Source: Tubulanus polymorphus (taxonomy: Eukaryota; Animalia; Nemertea). From it: a stretch of DNA of 64,000 nt. This document shows, piece after piece, positions 1 to 9,780 of the stretch (its first letter is position 1; each line of letters starts with the position of its first letter). The stretch spans positions 12,526,088 to 12,590,087 of the forward strand of contig NC_134031.1 of assembly GCF_964204645.1 (NCBI RefSeq). The letters are read 5' to 3'. The notes below the pieces were generated by a model. The model ran no database searches and was not told where the DNA came from. It worked only from the letters and a program-made list of their open reading frames with translations. A program made the translations under genes and the position numbers.

Positions 1-2
1 AA

Positions 3-662
3 GAATTTTATAACAAACATTTTAAAAAACTATTAACTGATAACGATGTAGAATATTTTTCAACACATTCAGATAAAAAAGCATCTGTTATAGAAAGATT
101 TAATAAAACATTGAAAACTAGAATGTGGAAATATTTCACCGCTAATGAAACATATAAATATATCGATGTGTTAGATGATTTAGTTAAAGGTTATAATAAT
201 TCTAAACATAGTTCTATAAATATGAAACCTATACAAGCTAGAAAAGAAGAAAATTCAGAAATAGTTTGGAATAATTTATATGGAGCATTTGTTACACATG
301 ATTTTGGAGAACCTAAATTTAAAATAGGACAACATGTTAGAATTTCTAAATATCGAAAAACATTTTATAAAGGTTATACCCCTAATTTTACAGAAGAAAT
401 ATTTAAAATTAAAAAGATAATATTAACTAAACCATTTGTTTATAAATTGTTTGATTTAAAAGATGAAGAAATATTAGGTTATTTTTATGAACAAGAATTA
501 TCATTAGTACCAAATCCAGATGAAATAGAATACAAAATAGAAAAGGTATTGAAAACAAAAACTCTTAAAGGAAAAAAGTATTCTTTGGTGAAATATAAAG
601 GATATGATGATAAATTTAATGAATGGATTTTATCTAGTAAAATTAAAAGAATAAATGAATAA
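3..662 (+). CDS. Retroviral-like (c-)integrase with C-terminal chromodomain, 5' truncated by window edge
   Basis: Frame open from nt 3 (EFYNKHF...KASVIERFNKTLK, containing the DDE glutamate); C-terminal IEKVLK...LVKYKGYDDKFNEWI chromodomain; near-identical to 30152-30991. Confidence 0.93.
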   Translation, partial: EFYNKHFKKLLTDNDVEYFSTHSDKKASVIERFNKTLKTRMWKYFTANETYKYIDVLDDLVKGYNNSKHSSINMKPIQARKEENSEIVWNNLYGAFVTHDFGEPKFKIGQHVRISKYRKTFYKGYTPNFTEEIFKIKKIILTKPFVYKLFDLKDEEILGYFYEQELSLVPNPDEIEYKIEKVLKTKTLKGKKYSLVKYKGYDDKFNEWILSSKIKRINE

Positions 663-1269
663 AGATTTATTTATATTTGAACCACATAATATGTTAGTTA
701 CTGGAGTTACAAATTGTGGTAAAACACACTTCATATTAGACTTGTTAGAAACTATTTATAAGAATCATTTTGATAATATAATATTATTCTGCCCAACTTA
801 TGAAATGAATGAAACGTATAATAGAGATATAGTTTTTAAAGATAAAAAGTTTATTATATTAAATTCTAAAACAGTGAAAGATAATTTAGATAATTGTATA
901 AAAATTGCATTAGATATTTATAAAGGATCTAATACATTATTTATTATCGATGATTGCGCAAATTTACATGATTCTAAAATTAGAGAAAGTGAGTTATGTT
1001 ATTTAGCTTTCTCTGGGAGACATTTTGGGATAACAACTTGGGTTTTAAATCAGAAATATAATTCAATTGTGAAAGACTTTAGAGAGAATATAAGATTTCT
1101 AGTTTTATTTTATAACAAAGATAGAAAATCTATGCAACAATCATTGGAAGAAAATCAAATTATACCTCCTGAATTACATGATGAATATATGAATAAATTA
1201 AAAAATAATAAAGGTTCCAAATTACTTATGAGATTACAATTTCCATATGAATATAAATTTATAAAATAA
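655..1269 (+). CDS. A32/FtsK-HerA-type genome packaging ATPase
   Basis: Walker A GVTNCGKT, Walker B FIIDD, and GRH...LNQ...REN motifs; 204 aa. Confidence 0.92.
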   Translation: MNKDLFIFEPHNMLVTGVTNCGKTHFILDLLETIYKNHFDNIILFCPTYEMNETYNRDIVFKDKKFIILNSKTVKDNLDNCIKIALDIYKGSNTLFIIDDCANLHDSKIRESELCYLAFSGRHFGITTWVLNQKYNSIVKDFRENIRFLVLFYNKDRKSMQQSLEENQIIPPELHDEYMNKLKNNKGSKLLMRLQFPYEYKFIK

Positions 1270-1286
1270 AATCCTAATTCAAAATA

Positions 1287-1660
1287 TTATAGAATTCATT
1301 GTATACTGATAGATGAGTGGATGAATTGGATGAATTGGATGAATTGGATGAGTGGATGAATGGATGAGTGTAATAATATATAATTTACATATGTTTTTTA
1401 TTTTTAAAACAGTAAGAGTTTGATTTGAAGTTATTTTATCAATTTTATACTATATTTAAATATTATTTTAATAATATATATATTGTGTTAAATTTAATAA
1501 AGAATAAAAATATTATATTTATACTCATACTATTCTTCCAATTTATGTGTTAAAAAGTAAAATATATATATTATTATACTCATCCACTCTTCCACTCATC
1601 CAATTCTTCCAACTCATCCAACTCATCCATTCATCCATCAATATACAGTGAATTCTATAA
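1287..1660. repeat. Imperfect inverted repeat with 9-bp GGATGAATT/GGATGAGT minisatellite arms between convergent genes
   Basis: TTATAGAATTCATTGTATA (1287) pairs with TATACAGTGAATTCTATAA (ends 1660); GGATGA(A/G) repeats at 1314-1368 mirror (C/T)TCATCC repeats at 1578-1638. Confidence 0.85.
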
Positions 1661-1665
1661 TCTTT

Positions 1666-2697
1666 TTAATTTTCATTTTCATATTTTTCTTTAAGCTTAT
1701 TGTATTCTAAATATATATCCCTTTGCATTTTCTTTGGTATAATTCCTAAATAATTCTCGAGTTTATATTTCCTAAATGTTTCTCTTGAAAATATTTTTGG
1801 AATATAATTTTCGATTTCAGTTTTAGATGGATGTTTATTTAAAAATTCTCTAAAATCATCATATTTAAGTTCAAATAAGTTCATTGCATAAGTTACATTT
1901 GGTTTAAAGTTATCTAACTTTTTCAATACGGTTACTATATCATTACTCAATAAATAATCTATAAATGTTTTTCTATACCACCGATAATCTAATATATTCT
2001 TATTATTAAATTTTGGATTTATAACTGTTGGATTTTCTATTACATTATCTGTACCAATATGTTTAATTGAGTATTTATGATTCAATTGTTTATCATATAT
2101 TACATATTCTTTACATTTTTCACACCAAGATTTAAATACTTGTATTGCATGGGCTGAATCATTTCCACCTTTTGTTTTTAATTTATAATGTTTTGCCCAA
2201 TTAGCCTTTGTTATACATTCATTACAGAAGGCACAATAATTCTGATCCTCTTTGCATTTATCTTTATATATATTGGCATATGTTTTTACTAATTGTAAAA
2301 TATGTTCATCTTTTTTGATGTGTAATAAATAATCATTATAATTATCAAAATCTTCTTCACAATACATACATCTAATGTTATCTTTTGGTTGAACATTTGA
2401 TTTTTCTATTTTAGGTTCAATATTATATTCTATTTTTGTTTCAATCTTATCATCATTCGATGTAGAAGGTATAACATTATCTTCTATTTTATATTCAATA
2501 TCATTCTTATCTTCTATTTTAGGTTCAATATTATCTTCTATTTTTGTTTCAATATTCTTATCTATTTTACTTATTCTATATTTGAATTGATTAAAGTAAT
2601 CTCCAAAATACTTACTGTATTCATCATAAGGTAATATATAATATATATCTGATATCATTTCACTTGGAGATTGTATTTCATATATTCCACCTTCCAT
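1666..2697 (-). CDS. Maverick accessory protein with three C2H2/U1-like zinc fingers and IEPKIED-type repeats
   Basis: CMYC...HIKKDEH, CAFC...HYK...H, CEKC...HKYSIKH; intact 343-aa ORF with TAAATG start. Confidence 0.75.
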   Translation of the reverse strand: MEGGIYEIQSPSEMISDIYYILPYDEYSKYFGDYFNQFKYRISKIDKNIETKIEDNIEPKIEDKNDIEYKIEDNVIPSTSNDDKIETKIEYNIEPKIEKSNVQPKDNIRCMYCEEDFDNYNDYLLHIKKDEHILQLVKTYANIYKDKCKEDQNYCAFCNECITKANWAKHYKLKTKGGNDSAHAIQVFKSWCEKCKEYVIYDKQLNHKYSIKHIGTDNVIENPTVINPKFNNKNILDYRWYRKTFIDYLLSNDIVTVLKKLDNFKPNVTYAMNLFELKYDDFREFLNKHPSKTEIENYIPKIFSRETFRKYKLENYLGIIPKKMQRDIYLEYNKLKEKYENEN

Positions 2698-2729
2698 TTA
2701 ATATAAGATTTTTTATTAAAGTTAAAATT

Positions 2730-3977
2730 TTAATACATAACACTATCTAATTGTGAATTTACAATATTTAATTGCGCATCAGATATAATATAAATGTGCA
2801 TTTTAAAATTTTTGATTCCTTTTTTCTTTGTTATGAATAATTGTATTCCATCTTTAGTGTTTTGTAGTTTTTTTCCAGAACCATGTAATAAGTTATCTTC
2901 AGTTGTTCTAAAATCTAACCATAATGCATATTTATTACCGGTATAATAATCAATTTGATTAATATTACAATTTTCAAATGATTTTATTTTTTCATTCATA
3001 AAATGTTTTCTAATTTCTGGCCATTGATCAATCATTCTCATTCCTTGACAAAATATTTTATTCGCTATTCCTTCGATAGTTATTTCTACTTTTGTTATTT
3101 CAGGATTATAATAATCGTCAACATTTATTGCACCATTAGTATACGTTCCAATGGTAAAAAATATTAATATACCTTTAATAGATCTTCTAGGAAAGTTAAT
3201 ATTCTCATTAATTATTTCATCATTTGCATTAATAGTTACAGTTTTAAATTTATCAATATAATCATATAATAATGAAAACCCTTGATTGTATTGAGTTTGA
3301 ATTATACTTGAAATATTTTCATCAGTTACTGTATCATATTCTAAACATATATTCGATAATTTATAACTCATATCTTTATTAACGCTAGATAATACAATTT
3401 CATTTACAGGAGCAAATGTTATCTCAAATATAATATCTTCTTGAATTGCGTATTTATATAAAGGTGCATTATTATTTATCAATTCAAAGTCTAATGGAAT
3501 TTTATATTTGCTTCCATATATACTTTTTATCAATTTATCTACATCATTTGTTAATATTGCGCTATTAGCTTCTGATCTTAATTTATTTTGGTTTTCTGAT
3601 TGAATTCCTTGAAATATCATATTATTTCTATTTTCTTTAGTTAACCATAAATCTTTATAATGCATAAATAAATTATAATCATCTAATGAGAAAACTGTTT
3701 CTGGACCAATCTTTATTGTTAACTTTTTAATCAAATATCTTCCAACATTATCAACGACATAATTATTATTATTACCGATTACTTTTATATCAGCTGATAA
3801 ATAAATACTATTTGGAACATAAAAAGTATTTTGTGTTAATCTAGGAATTCTAACATATAAAGTTTCATCAGGATTAATATTAGAAGGGTTATGAGTAATT
3901 ATATGATGTGATCTTTCTGCTTTAATAGCATTAGATATTCTATGATTCTTCGAAGGACTTATATAACTCCCACTCAT
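2730..3977 (-). CDS. Major capsid protein (double jelly-roll, hexon-like)
   Basis: 415 aa, beta-rich; HNPS..NP.ETLYVRIP, LSNICLEYD, IN.PRRSIKGIL and YALWLDFRT..DN.LHGSG motifs recognised from invertebrate Polinton MCPs; size and position fit. Confidence 0.85.
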   Translation of the reverse strand: MSGSYISPSKNHRISNAIKAERSHHIITHNPSNINPDETLYVRIPRLTQNTFYVPNSIYLSADIKVIGNNNNYVVDNVGRYLIKKLTIKIGPETVFSLDDYNLFMHYKDLWLTKENRNNMIFQGIQSENQNKLRSEANSAILTNDVDKLIKSIYGSKYKIPLDFELINNNAPLYKYAIQEDIIFEITFAPVNEIVLSSVNKDMSYKLSNICLEYDTVTDENISSIIQTQYNQGFSLLYDYIDKFKTVTINANDEIINENINFPRRSIKGILIFFTIGTYTNGAINVDDYYNPEITKVEITIEGIANKIFCQGMRMIDQWPEIRKHFMNEKIKSFENCNINQIDYYTGNKYALWLDFRTTEDNLLHGSGKKLQNTKDGIQLFITKKKGIKNFKMHIYIISDAQLNIVNSQLDSVMY

Positions 3978-4021
3978 TTATTTAACAAAAAAATTAATTA
4001 TTTATTTTTTGATATCATGGT

Positions 4022-5731
4022 TTACTTGATATTTTTTGATATCATATTTACTAAACCAAAAATAATAGCACTTACAACTGTAATTAAAAATAAAATAATA
4101 TGTTCAGCAGCAAAGTTAATAATGTTTCCTGCAGATTTCAATATAAAACCAACAATTGAAGCAATAACTCCTGGTAAAGCTGCAGCAGATTTTTTAGATA
4201 GTTCCCATAAATATTTTGCTAATTTCTTTAAACCATCTTTAACTTTATCTTGTATAGAATTATTGCCTGGAGGTTTATCTGGTTTATTGGGAGTAGGAGT
4301 AGATTTTAAAGCATTTGATATAGCTAAACCAATTGTTGTAAATAACATAGTTACAGCTGTTACAATTGAAAGAATTGTTATTCCTTCTAACTTAAATAAT
4401 AACTTTATTCTGTCTTTTAATGATATTTCAGAATCTGGTTTTATCAACAAATCTTTAAAAATAACTTTTAATTTTTTAATATGATTAAGATCATATGATT
4501 TTAATAATATATCTCTTTCTTCTTTTTGTAATTTTATGTTATATTCTAAATCATCTATTTCTTTTACTAAAGCTAACTTTCTGTTTTCATAATCAGCTTC
4601 ATAAACTACTTGATGATCTCTATTTAATTCTAATTGTTTTAATTCTTCATCTACATTAACTAATTCTTTTTCTAACATGGTTATTTTAGAAAATCTCATC
4701 TTAATATTAGCAATTTCATCAGCTGATACTTGTATACCTTTAATTTCTCTACGTATTTGTTCAGGAAATGTTTCTAATTCTTCATCAGTTAAATTAAGAA
4801 ATCCTTTTTCTAGTAAATATTGCAGTCGATTTATTCCAGTTTCAGAACCAGATGTATCTGATATACTATTCATCAGTTCTTCTGAATCTCTTAATCTATC
4901 AATTTGTTTTTCTAATTGTAATTGATTTGAATAATTATCAATTGGTTGAGTGTCTCTTCTCGATGTTTCGGGTGTTGAAGATCTTAATCTATCTAATCGA
5001 TTTCTATTCTCTTCCATTTCTGGATCAAAATCAGTAGGATTTGGATTTTTAAATGGATTTTTAAATGGTGAATATTTGTTTATATCAATATTCGGAATTG
5101 GTTCTTCTTTATTTATTCTATTGAGTGCATTCCATATAATTCTGAGAAATTCTGTGCCACCTTTTGAACGTTCAATTGTAGATCTTGCTCGCATTTCAGG
5201 TTCATAAATATTTTCTTGACCCATTTTAGATAATTGAATTGATACAATTTTGTTATTTAAATTAACATTATAATACCATGAATCATTTTTAAATTCTAAA
5301 TTATTTGTGAAATATGGGTCATCCTTAAAAATTTGTTCTACAACATCTTCAGTATCAATTTCATCTATTACAACTGTTGGTAATAATTCGTTAACAATTG
5401 TATCTGTTACTCTAGATTTCATTTTAAATAATTCCATAGGTTTATCAGGATTTTTTTCTTGTTGTTTTACTAATAGTTCCATAAATTCTTTTCTTTCTCT
5501 TCTAGTTGAAATTCTACCAATTTCAGGAGCTTTTAAATATTTATTTAATCTTTCACGTAATTCGGGATCATCATCATCATAATCATCATCTTCACCTAAA
5601 TTAGTATTATATGCTGATTCATTATCATTATCGATATTAGTTTCTGCATCATTATAATCATTATCAATATATCCTTCATTATTATTTCCCATTTCTCCCA
5701 TTTCATAATCTTCTCCACCTTCTACATCCAT
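4022..5731 (-). CDS. Maverick protein with acidic N-terminus, coiled coil and C-terminal multi-helix hydrophobic region (putative membrane/entry protein)
   Basis: 569-aa intact ORF; hydrophobic ITILSIVTAVTMLFTTIGLAI, GVIASIVGFIL and IILFLITVVSAIIFGLV segments; homolog at 32638-33645. Confidence 0.75.
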   Translation of the reverse strand: MDVEGGEDYEMGEMGNNNEGYIDNDYNDAETNIDNDNESAYNTNLGEDDDYDDDDPELRERLNKYLKAPEIGRISTRRERKEFMELLVKQQEKNPDKPMELFKMKSRVTDTIVNELLPTVVIDEIDTEDVVEQIFKDDPYFTNNLEFKNDSWYYNVNLNNKIVSIQLSKMGQENIYEPEMRARSTIERSKGGTEFLRIIWNALNRINKEEPIPNIDINKYSPFKNPFKNPNPTDFDPEMEENRNRLDRLRSSTPETSRRDTQPIDNYSNQLQLEKQIDRLRDSEELMNSISDTSGSETGINRLQYLLEKGFLNLTDEELETFPEQIRREIKGIQVSADEIANIKMRFSKITMLEKELVNVDEELKQLELNRDHQVVYEADYENRKLALVKEIDDLEYNIKLQKEERDILLKSYDLNHIKKLKVIFKDLLIKPDSEISLKDRIKLLFKLEGITILSIVTAVTMLFTTIGLAISNALKSTPTPNKPDKPPGNNSIQDKVKDGLKKLAKYLWELSKKSAAALPGVIASIVGFILKSAGNIINFAAEHIILFLITVVSAIIFGLVNMISKNIK

Positions 5732-5747
5732 TTACATAATAAAAAAA

Positions 5748-7136
5748 TTAAAATTTAAAATATAATATTCCTCCGATTACAATTCCTATACAAGTTATAG
5801 CTAATTTAGTGTTTTCATGGGATTTATTATCATCATTTAGTGTAATTATATCATGTTGAATAATATCAGTTCTATTATTTTCTGATGTATTATAATATTT
5901 TATTTTAGAATCATTATTTAATTTAATATTCTTAGTTTTAGTTTCTGTTGATTGAATATGTTTTTTATTTTTTTCACCTTCCATTAATTTTGGAGTAGTG
6001 ATAATCTTTTTATTTATATCATTTAACCCAAATGAATTATTTATTGTCGCAGTTTTAATTAGATTATTATAACCAATTATATTTCCCATCTTTAATACTA
6101 AATCATTAGAAATAATTAATAGATTAGGGCCTATACAATAATTAAGTCTTACATGAGATTTATCTAAATAATTTTGATATCTTATAATGTTTTCTGGAAT
6201 AGATCTATTTTTATCATTATGAATTGAATCTTCAAATAAAACTTTAAATTGTTTTTGTGTATCGAATGATGTATTCAAATTTCCAATTATCGGTGATCTT
6301 GTTTCAACTTGTGATCCTAGAATACAAATCAAATAAGTTCTAATAGATTGATTTATTCTTTCTATACCTGATTTAGTAAAACCTTCACTATTTTCTAAAA
6401 TAAAATAAACCCAACCATTATTGTTTTCTTGTTTTAAATTATCATAAAATTTTGGTAATTTATTGAAATTTAATGTTTCTAAATCCTTTGTTTCTATTTT
6501 ACCATAACCTAATTTTTTATTATAGATATTATAAAAACTATTAGATGGTATGGGAAGTGCACAATATTCTGCAATCTTTCTAGGGCAAGGAAGTGATCTT
6601 ATTGTTCCAATTTTTATTCTAAAATCAGAATTATTTATATCTATATTAAATTCATTACAAATCTTATAAAACTTAGATAAATTAATATTATTATCCAATT
6701 CTTTGAAATACCTAGATCCTGGTAAAGCGCACTCTAATTCATTTAATATTATTCTGATTTGAAAGTATGTATGAAATCTAAATAAACTTTGAATTAGTTT
6801 ATATTTAGAATTATTCAAATGATCATTCCAACTAATTCCACATCCTGTTGTTGCACAATAAACAGCAAAATTTAATTGATTCTGCCAATACTTCATATTA
6901 GATTTTAATAACCATTGTTTTTCATCTTTCAATTTTTTAAAATTAATTAAATATACATGAAATATATTTTCCATCTTTGCATTAAAATTATTAGTTTCAG
7001 TAACATAAATTTCTAAATTAGTTAATGAATCTAAAACTTCATTTCTATATGTAATATCTTTATTAAAATCTATTGCTGGAATATTATATTTAATTGATTT
7101 ATTATATCGGAAAGTTTTTGGAAAACTATCTACCAT
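5748..7136 (-). CDS. Conserved Maverick hypothetical protein with C-terminal membrane anchor
   Basis: 462 aa; WQNQLNFAVYCATTGCGIS and LFRFHTYFQIR motifs; C-terminal LAITCIGIVIGGILYF; closely similar copy at 31242-32615. Confidence 0.8.
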   Translation of the reverse strand: MVDSFPKTFRYNKSIKYNIPAIDFNKDITYRNEVLDSLTNLEIYVTETNNFNAKMENIFHVYLINFKKLKDEKQWLLKSNMKYWQNQLNFAVYCATTGCGISWNDHLNNSKYKLIQSLFRFHTYFQIRIILNELECALPGSRYFKELDNNINLSKFYKICNEFNIDINNSDFRIKIGTIRSLPCPRKIAEYCALPIPSNSFYNIYNKKLGYGKIETKDLETLNFNKLPKFYDNLKQENNNGWVYFILENSEGFTKSGIERINQSIRTYLICILGSQVETRSPIIGNLNTSFDTQKQFKVLFEDSIHNDKNRSIPENIIRYQNYLDKSHVRLNYCIGPNLLIISNDLVLKMGNIIGYNNLIKTATINNSFGLNDINKKIITTPKLMEGEKNKKHIQSTETKTKNIKLNNDSKIKYYNTSENNRTDIIQHDIITLNDDNKSHENTKLAITCIGIVIGGILYFKF

Positions 7137-7152
7137 TTATATAATTAAAAAA

Positions 7153-7587
7153 TTAATAATTTATTAATTCTTTTAATAATTTATCTTGTTCTTCAACTGT
7201 TATATGACCATTTAAACTTATTATATAATCTAGTGTGTTCTTTAATTTATTAATTTCTTTTATATTAGTTTTAATTTTTTCTTTATTACTTTTTATATTT
7301 AATTTTGAACTTATACCAGTTAAAACACTTGAACTTAATCCTAACACACCAATTGATATAGCTAAAGGTGTTAATGGACTGAATATTGCTAAAAATGTTA
7401 TTACAGAACTAATTGTAACCGAACCACTTATAATCAAATAATATATAATTTTACTTTTTAAATATTTTTTCTTTTTAATCTTTAAGTCACTTTCAAATTC
7501 TAATATTTGTTTTTCTAAATATGTTTTTAATCTAGTTTTATTTATATCATGAGGAATAATATCAATATTATCAACTTTATCTTCCAT
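7153..7587 (-). CDS. Small two-TM Maverick protein
   Basis: 144 aa with a central hydrophobic hairpin flanked by lysine-rich helices; TAAATG start. Confidence 0.75.
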   Translation of the reverse strand: MEDKVDNIDIIPHDINKTRLKTYLEKQILEFESDLKIKKKKYLKSKIIYYLIISGSVTISSVITFLAIFSPLTPLAISIGVLGLSSSVLTGISSKLNIKSNKEKIKTNIKEINKLKNTLDYIISLNGHITVEEQDKLLKELINY

Positions 7588-7607
7588 TTATTTAGCAAAA
7601 AAAATTA

Positions 7608-8030
7608 CTAATTAGTAAACTTATAAGCAACAAATATAACAATAACAGTTCCACCTAAAATCCAAATTATTTCATATTTCTGTTGTTCTTTACTTGGGGT
7701 ATAATAATCTGATAATTTGGGTTTGTATAGATGTAATTTTTCTTTATTTGTTACTGCGTTATATAAACTCATTGCATCATCAACTGATTGAAAATCTCTA
7801 TGTGAAATCTTCTGATCATATAATTCTTTATTGATGTAATCCATATAGTTTTGCCTCTTTTCTCTATATTCTTCCGCTGCTTTATTGTATTTCTCTAACG
7901 CTAAGTTATGTCTTCTTTGTTCTCCTAATGAACTATTTTTATCAATATGTTTAAATAAATAACCACCACCAGTAAATGCTAAAGCGTTAACAATTGCTGA
8001 TCCTATAATAGTTATAATTGCAGAAGCCAT
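7608..8030 (-). CDS. Small Maverick protein with N- and C-terminal hydrophobic helices
   Basis: MASAIITIIGSAIVNALAFTGG...EQRRHNLALE...IIWILGGTVIVIFVAY; 140 aa; TAAATG start. Confidence 0.78.
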   Translation of the reverse strand: MASAIITIIGSAIVNALAFTGGGYLFKHIDKNSSLGEQRRHNLALEKYNKAAEEYREKRQNYMDYINKELYDQKISHRDFQSVDDAMSLYNAVTNKEKLHLYKPKLSDYYTPSKEQQKYEIIWILGGTVIVIFVAYKFTN

Positions 8031-8054
8031 TTATTTAGCAAAAAAATTATGCAT

Positions 8055-8276
8055 TTATATGGGAGGAATATATTTTTGTTTTTCCAAATAATCAATAGTT
8101 AAATTAGATAAAGTAACTGCTAATGTTAACTTTAAAATATCATTTATATCAAATCTATCAACATTAACACTTCCCATTTTGAATACTTTTTTTAATACCA
8201 TTGAATAACCAACAGTTCCAACTGATAGTAATGCGCCATTATATAATCCAGTTATTATCCACTTATTATCACTCAT
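8055..8276 (-). CDS. Small hydrophobic Maverick protein
   Basis: 73 aa, two hydrophobic segments, DYLEKQKYIP end; T7-N6-TAAATG start. Confidence 0.7.
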   Translation of the reverse strand: MSDNKWIITGLYNGALLSVGTVGYSMVLKKVFKMGSVNVDRFDINDILKLTLAVTLSNLTIDYLEKQKYIPPI

Positions 8277-8618
8277 TTATTTATCAAAAAAATTACTATC
8301 TTCAAAATATTTAGTTAACTTATTTATGATTAATTCAACATTTATTTCATTACTAGTTTTATGATTATCATATATTTTGGATAATATGTTTTTAATATCT
8401 TCAATAATTCCATCTTCATTTAATTCATAATATTCTGAAGGTGATTTAATTAAATCAATTACTTTTTCTATATTATACTTTTCTTTATCAATCATTGATG
8501 CATTGTTAAATGATTTACTTTTTATATCAGTAATTACATCATTTAGTTTAATTCTCATTTCTTTACCATGTTTAAAATCAAATCCAAAACATATACTCGG
8601 TCCAACAGTTATATTCAT
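8277..8618 (-). CDS. Maverick hypothetical protein
   Basis: 113-aa ORF abutting its neighbours, TAAATG start; no motif recognised. Confidence 0.6.
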   Translation of the reverse strand: MNITVGPSICFGFDFKHGKEMRIKLNDVITDIKSKSFNNASMIDKEKYNIEKVIDLIKSPSEYYELNEDGIIEDIKNILSKIYDNHKTSNEINVELIINKLTKYFEDSNFFDK

Positions 8619-8634
8619 TTATATAGGTGAAAAA

Positions 8635-9393
8635 TTACTCTTTACATCTTATAACTAATTCATAAATTACAGGAAAGTTATTCAAATCAATTAAGTATCC
8701 ATTATGATTTCTAATTTCTAATCTAAAATTATTAAAACTAGGAATGCATGGTTTGAAATCACATTCTGTTAAATTATAATTTATTTGCGTTCCAAATTCT
8801 TTAACATTTTTTAATGGTAAAATATTTAATATACTAGAATTACATGTTGTATCTTTAGTTGCTTCAAATGTTTTTGTTGGGTCAATTAAATTGCAATAAA
8901 TATAAAAATGTGTAAAAGGTATTATATTTGAAATACCTTCTACGTTTACTGTAACAACATCTGGTTCAATTCCTAGCAATTTAGCTATAGGTTTTTTTAC
9001 CATAAATGCATGTTGACTTTCATCAAATACCTTTATTTTAATTCTATTTGAGCTATCACTTTTTATAAATCTTATTAAAAATTTATCATCTTTTCTAATT
9101 TTCAACCGTGCTCTACGATTAATTTCTTGAGATAATGTTTCTAAATTATATAATCCTGGTCTTAGAAATAGATGAAACCATTTATTTATATTTCTAATAT
9201 GAATTAAAAAAGTATTATGTTCAATAGTTTTATTCGATATATTATAAAAAGAATTACATAAACTTATATTTACTAATTTTAAATCTACACAATTCTTGAA
9301 TTCTCTATCTAATTGTACTAATAAATTATGAGATTTATAATTTGTAAGTTTTCTAGAATCTACAAATATTCTGTATTCTTTTAATTCCACCAT
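8635..9393 (-). CDS. Minor capsid protein (penton-like, single jelly-roll)
   Basis: IFVDSR...NSFYNI...PGLYN...FYIYCNLI...ILNILP...LEIRN.NG.LIDLN pattern of Polinton pentons; 252 aa. Confidence 0.78.
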   Translation of the reverse strand: MVELKEYRIFVDSRKLTNYKSHNLLVQLDREFKNCVDLKLVNISLCNSFYNISNKTIEHNTFLIHIRNINKWFHLFLRPGLYNLETLSQEINRRARLKIRKDDKFLIRFIKSDSSNRIKIKVFDESQHAFMVKKPIAKLLGIEPDVVTVNVEGISNIIPFTHFYIYCNLIDPTKTFEATKDTTCNSSILNILPLKNVKEFGTQINYNLTECDFKPCIPSFNNFRLEIRNHNGYLIDLNNFPVIYELVIRCKE

Positions 9394-9410
9394 TTATTTT
9401 ACATACTTTC

Positions 9411-9752
9411 TTATTCGAAATCTATTTCATGGTGCCCTTTTTCATTCTTACCTTTGTATACGAAATAGAAATCTCCAGAACATAATTCTTCTAGATCTTC
9501 ACTTGATAATCTATGAAATCTATCTGGTAAATAAGTTCTGAATTTATATTTATTTCCTTTTAATCCTTCATATTCTAAATGAATTACTAATTTATCTCCA
9601 TATTTATTAGTAATTGTTTCAATGTTAGTAATTAAATATTTCTTGTGAATTGTTAACTCAGTTAGTTTTTTAAATTTATAATCTACAGATTTGACGCTTG
9701 AAGTATCTTTAATTCTATCTAAGAATTCACTGTGTACTTGTTTACTCTCCAT
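9411..9752 (-). CDS. Small protein next to pPolB, possible OB-fold ssDNA-binding protein
   Basis: 113 aa; TNKYG..LVI.L....F...YLP.RF beta-rich aromatic pattern; function inferred only. Confidence 0.55.
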   Translation of the reverse strand: MESKQVHSEFLDRIKDTSSVKSVDYKFKKLTELTIHKKYLITNIETITNKYGDKLVIHLEYEGLKGNKYKFRTYLPDRFHRLSSEDLEELCSGDFYFVYKGKNEKGHHEIDFE

Positions 9753-9780
9753 TTATTATACAAATTTTTATTGAAATTGA

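Noticed and set aside
3942-5582. Plus-strand ORFs opposite the 569-aa gene, and similar ones opposite Gypsy gag-pol
   Set aside because: Antisense shadows with no motifs or TAAATG starts.
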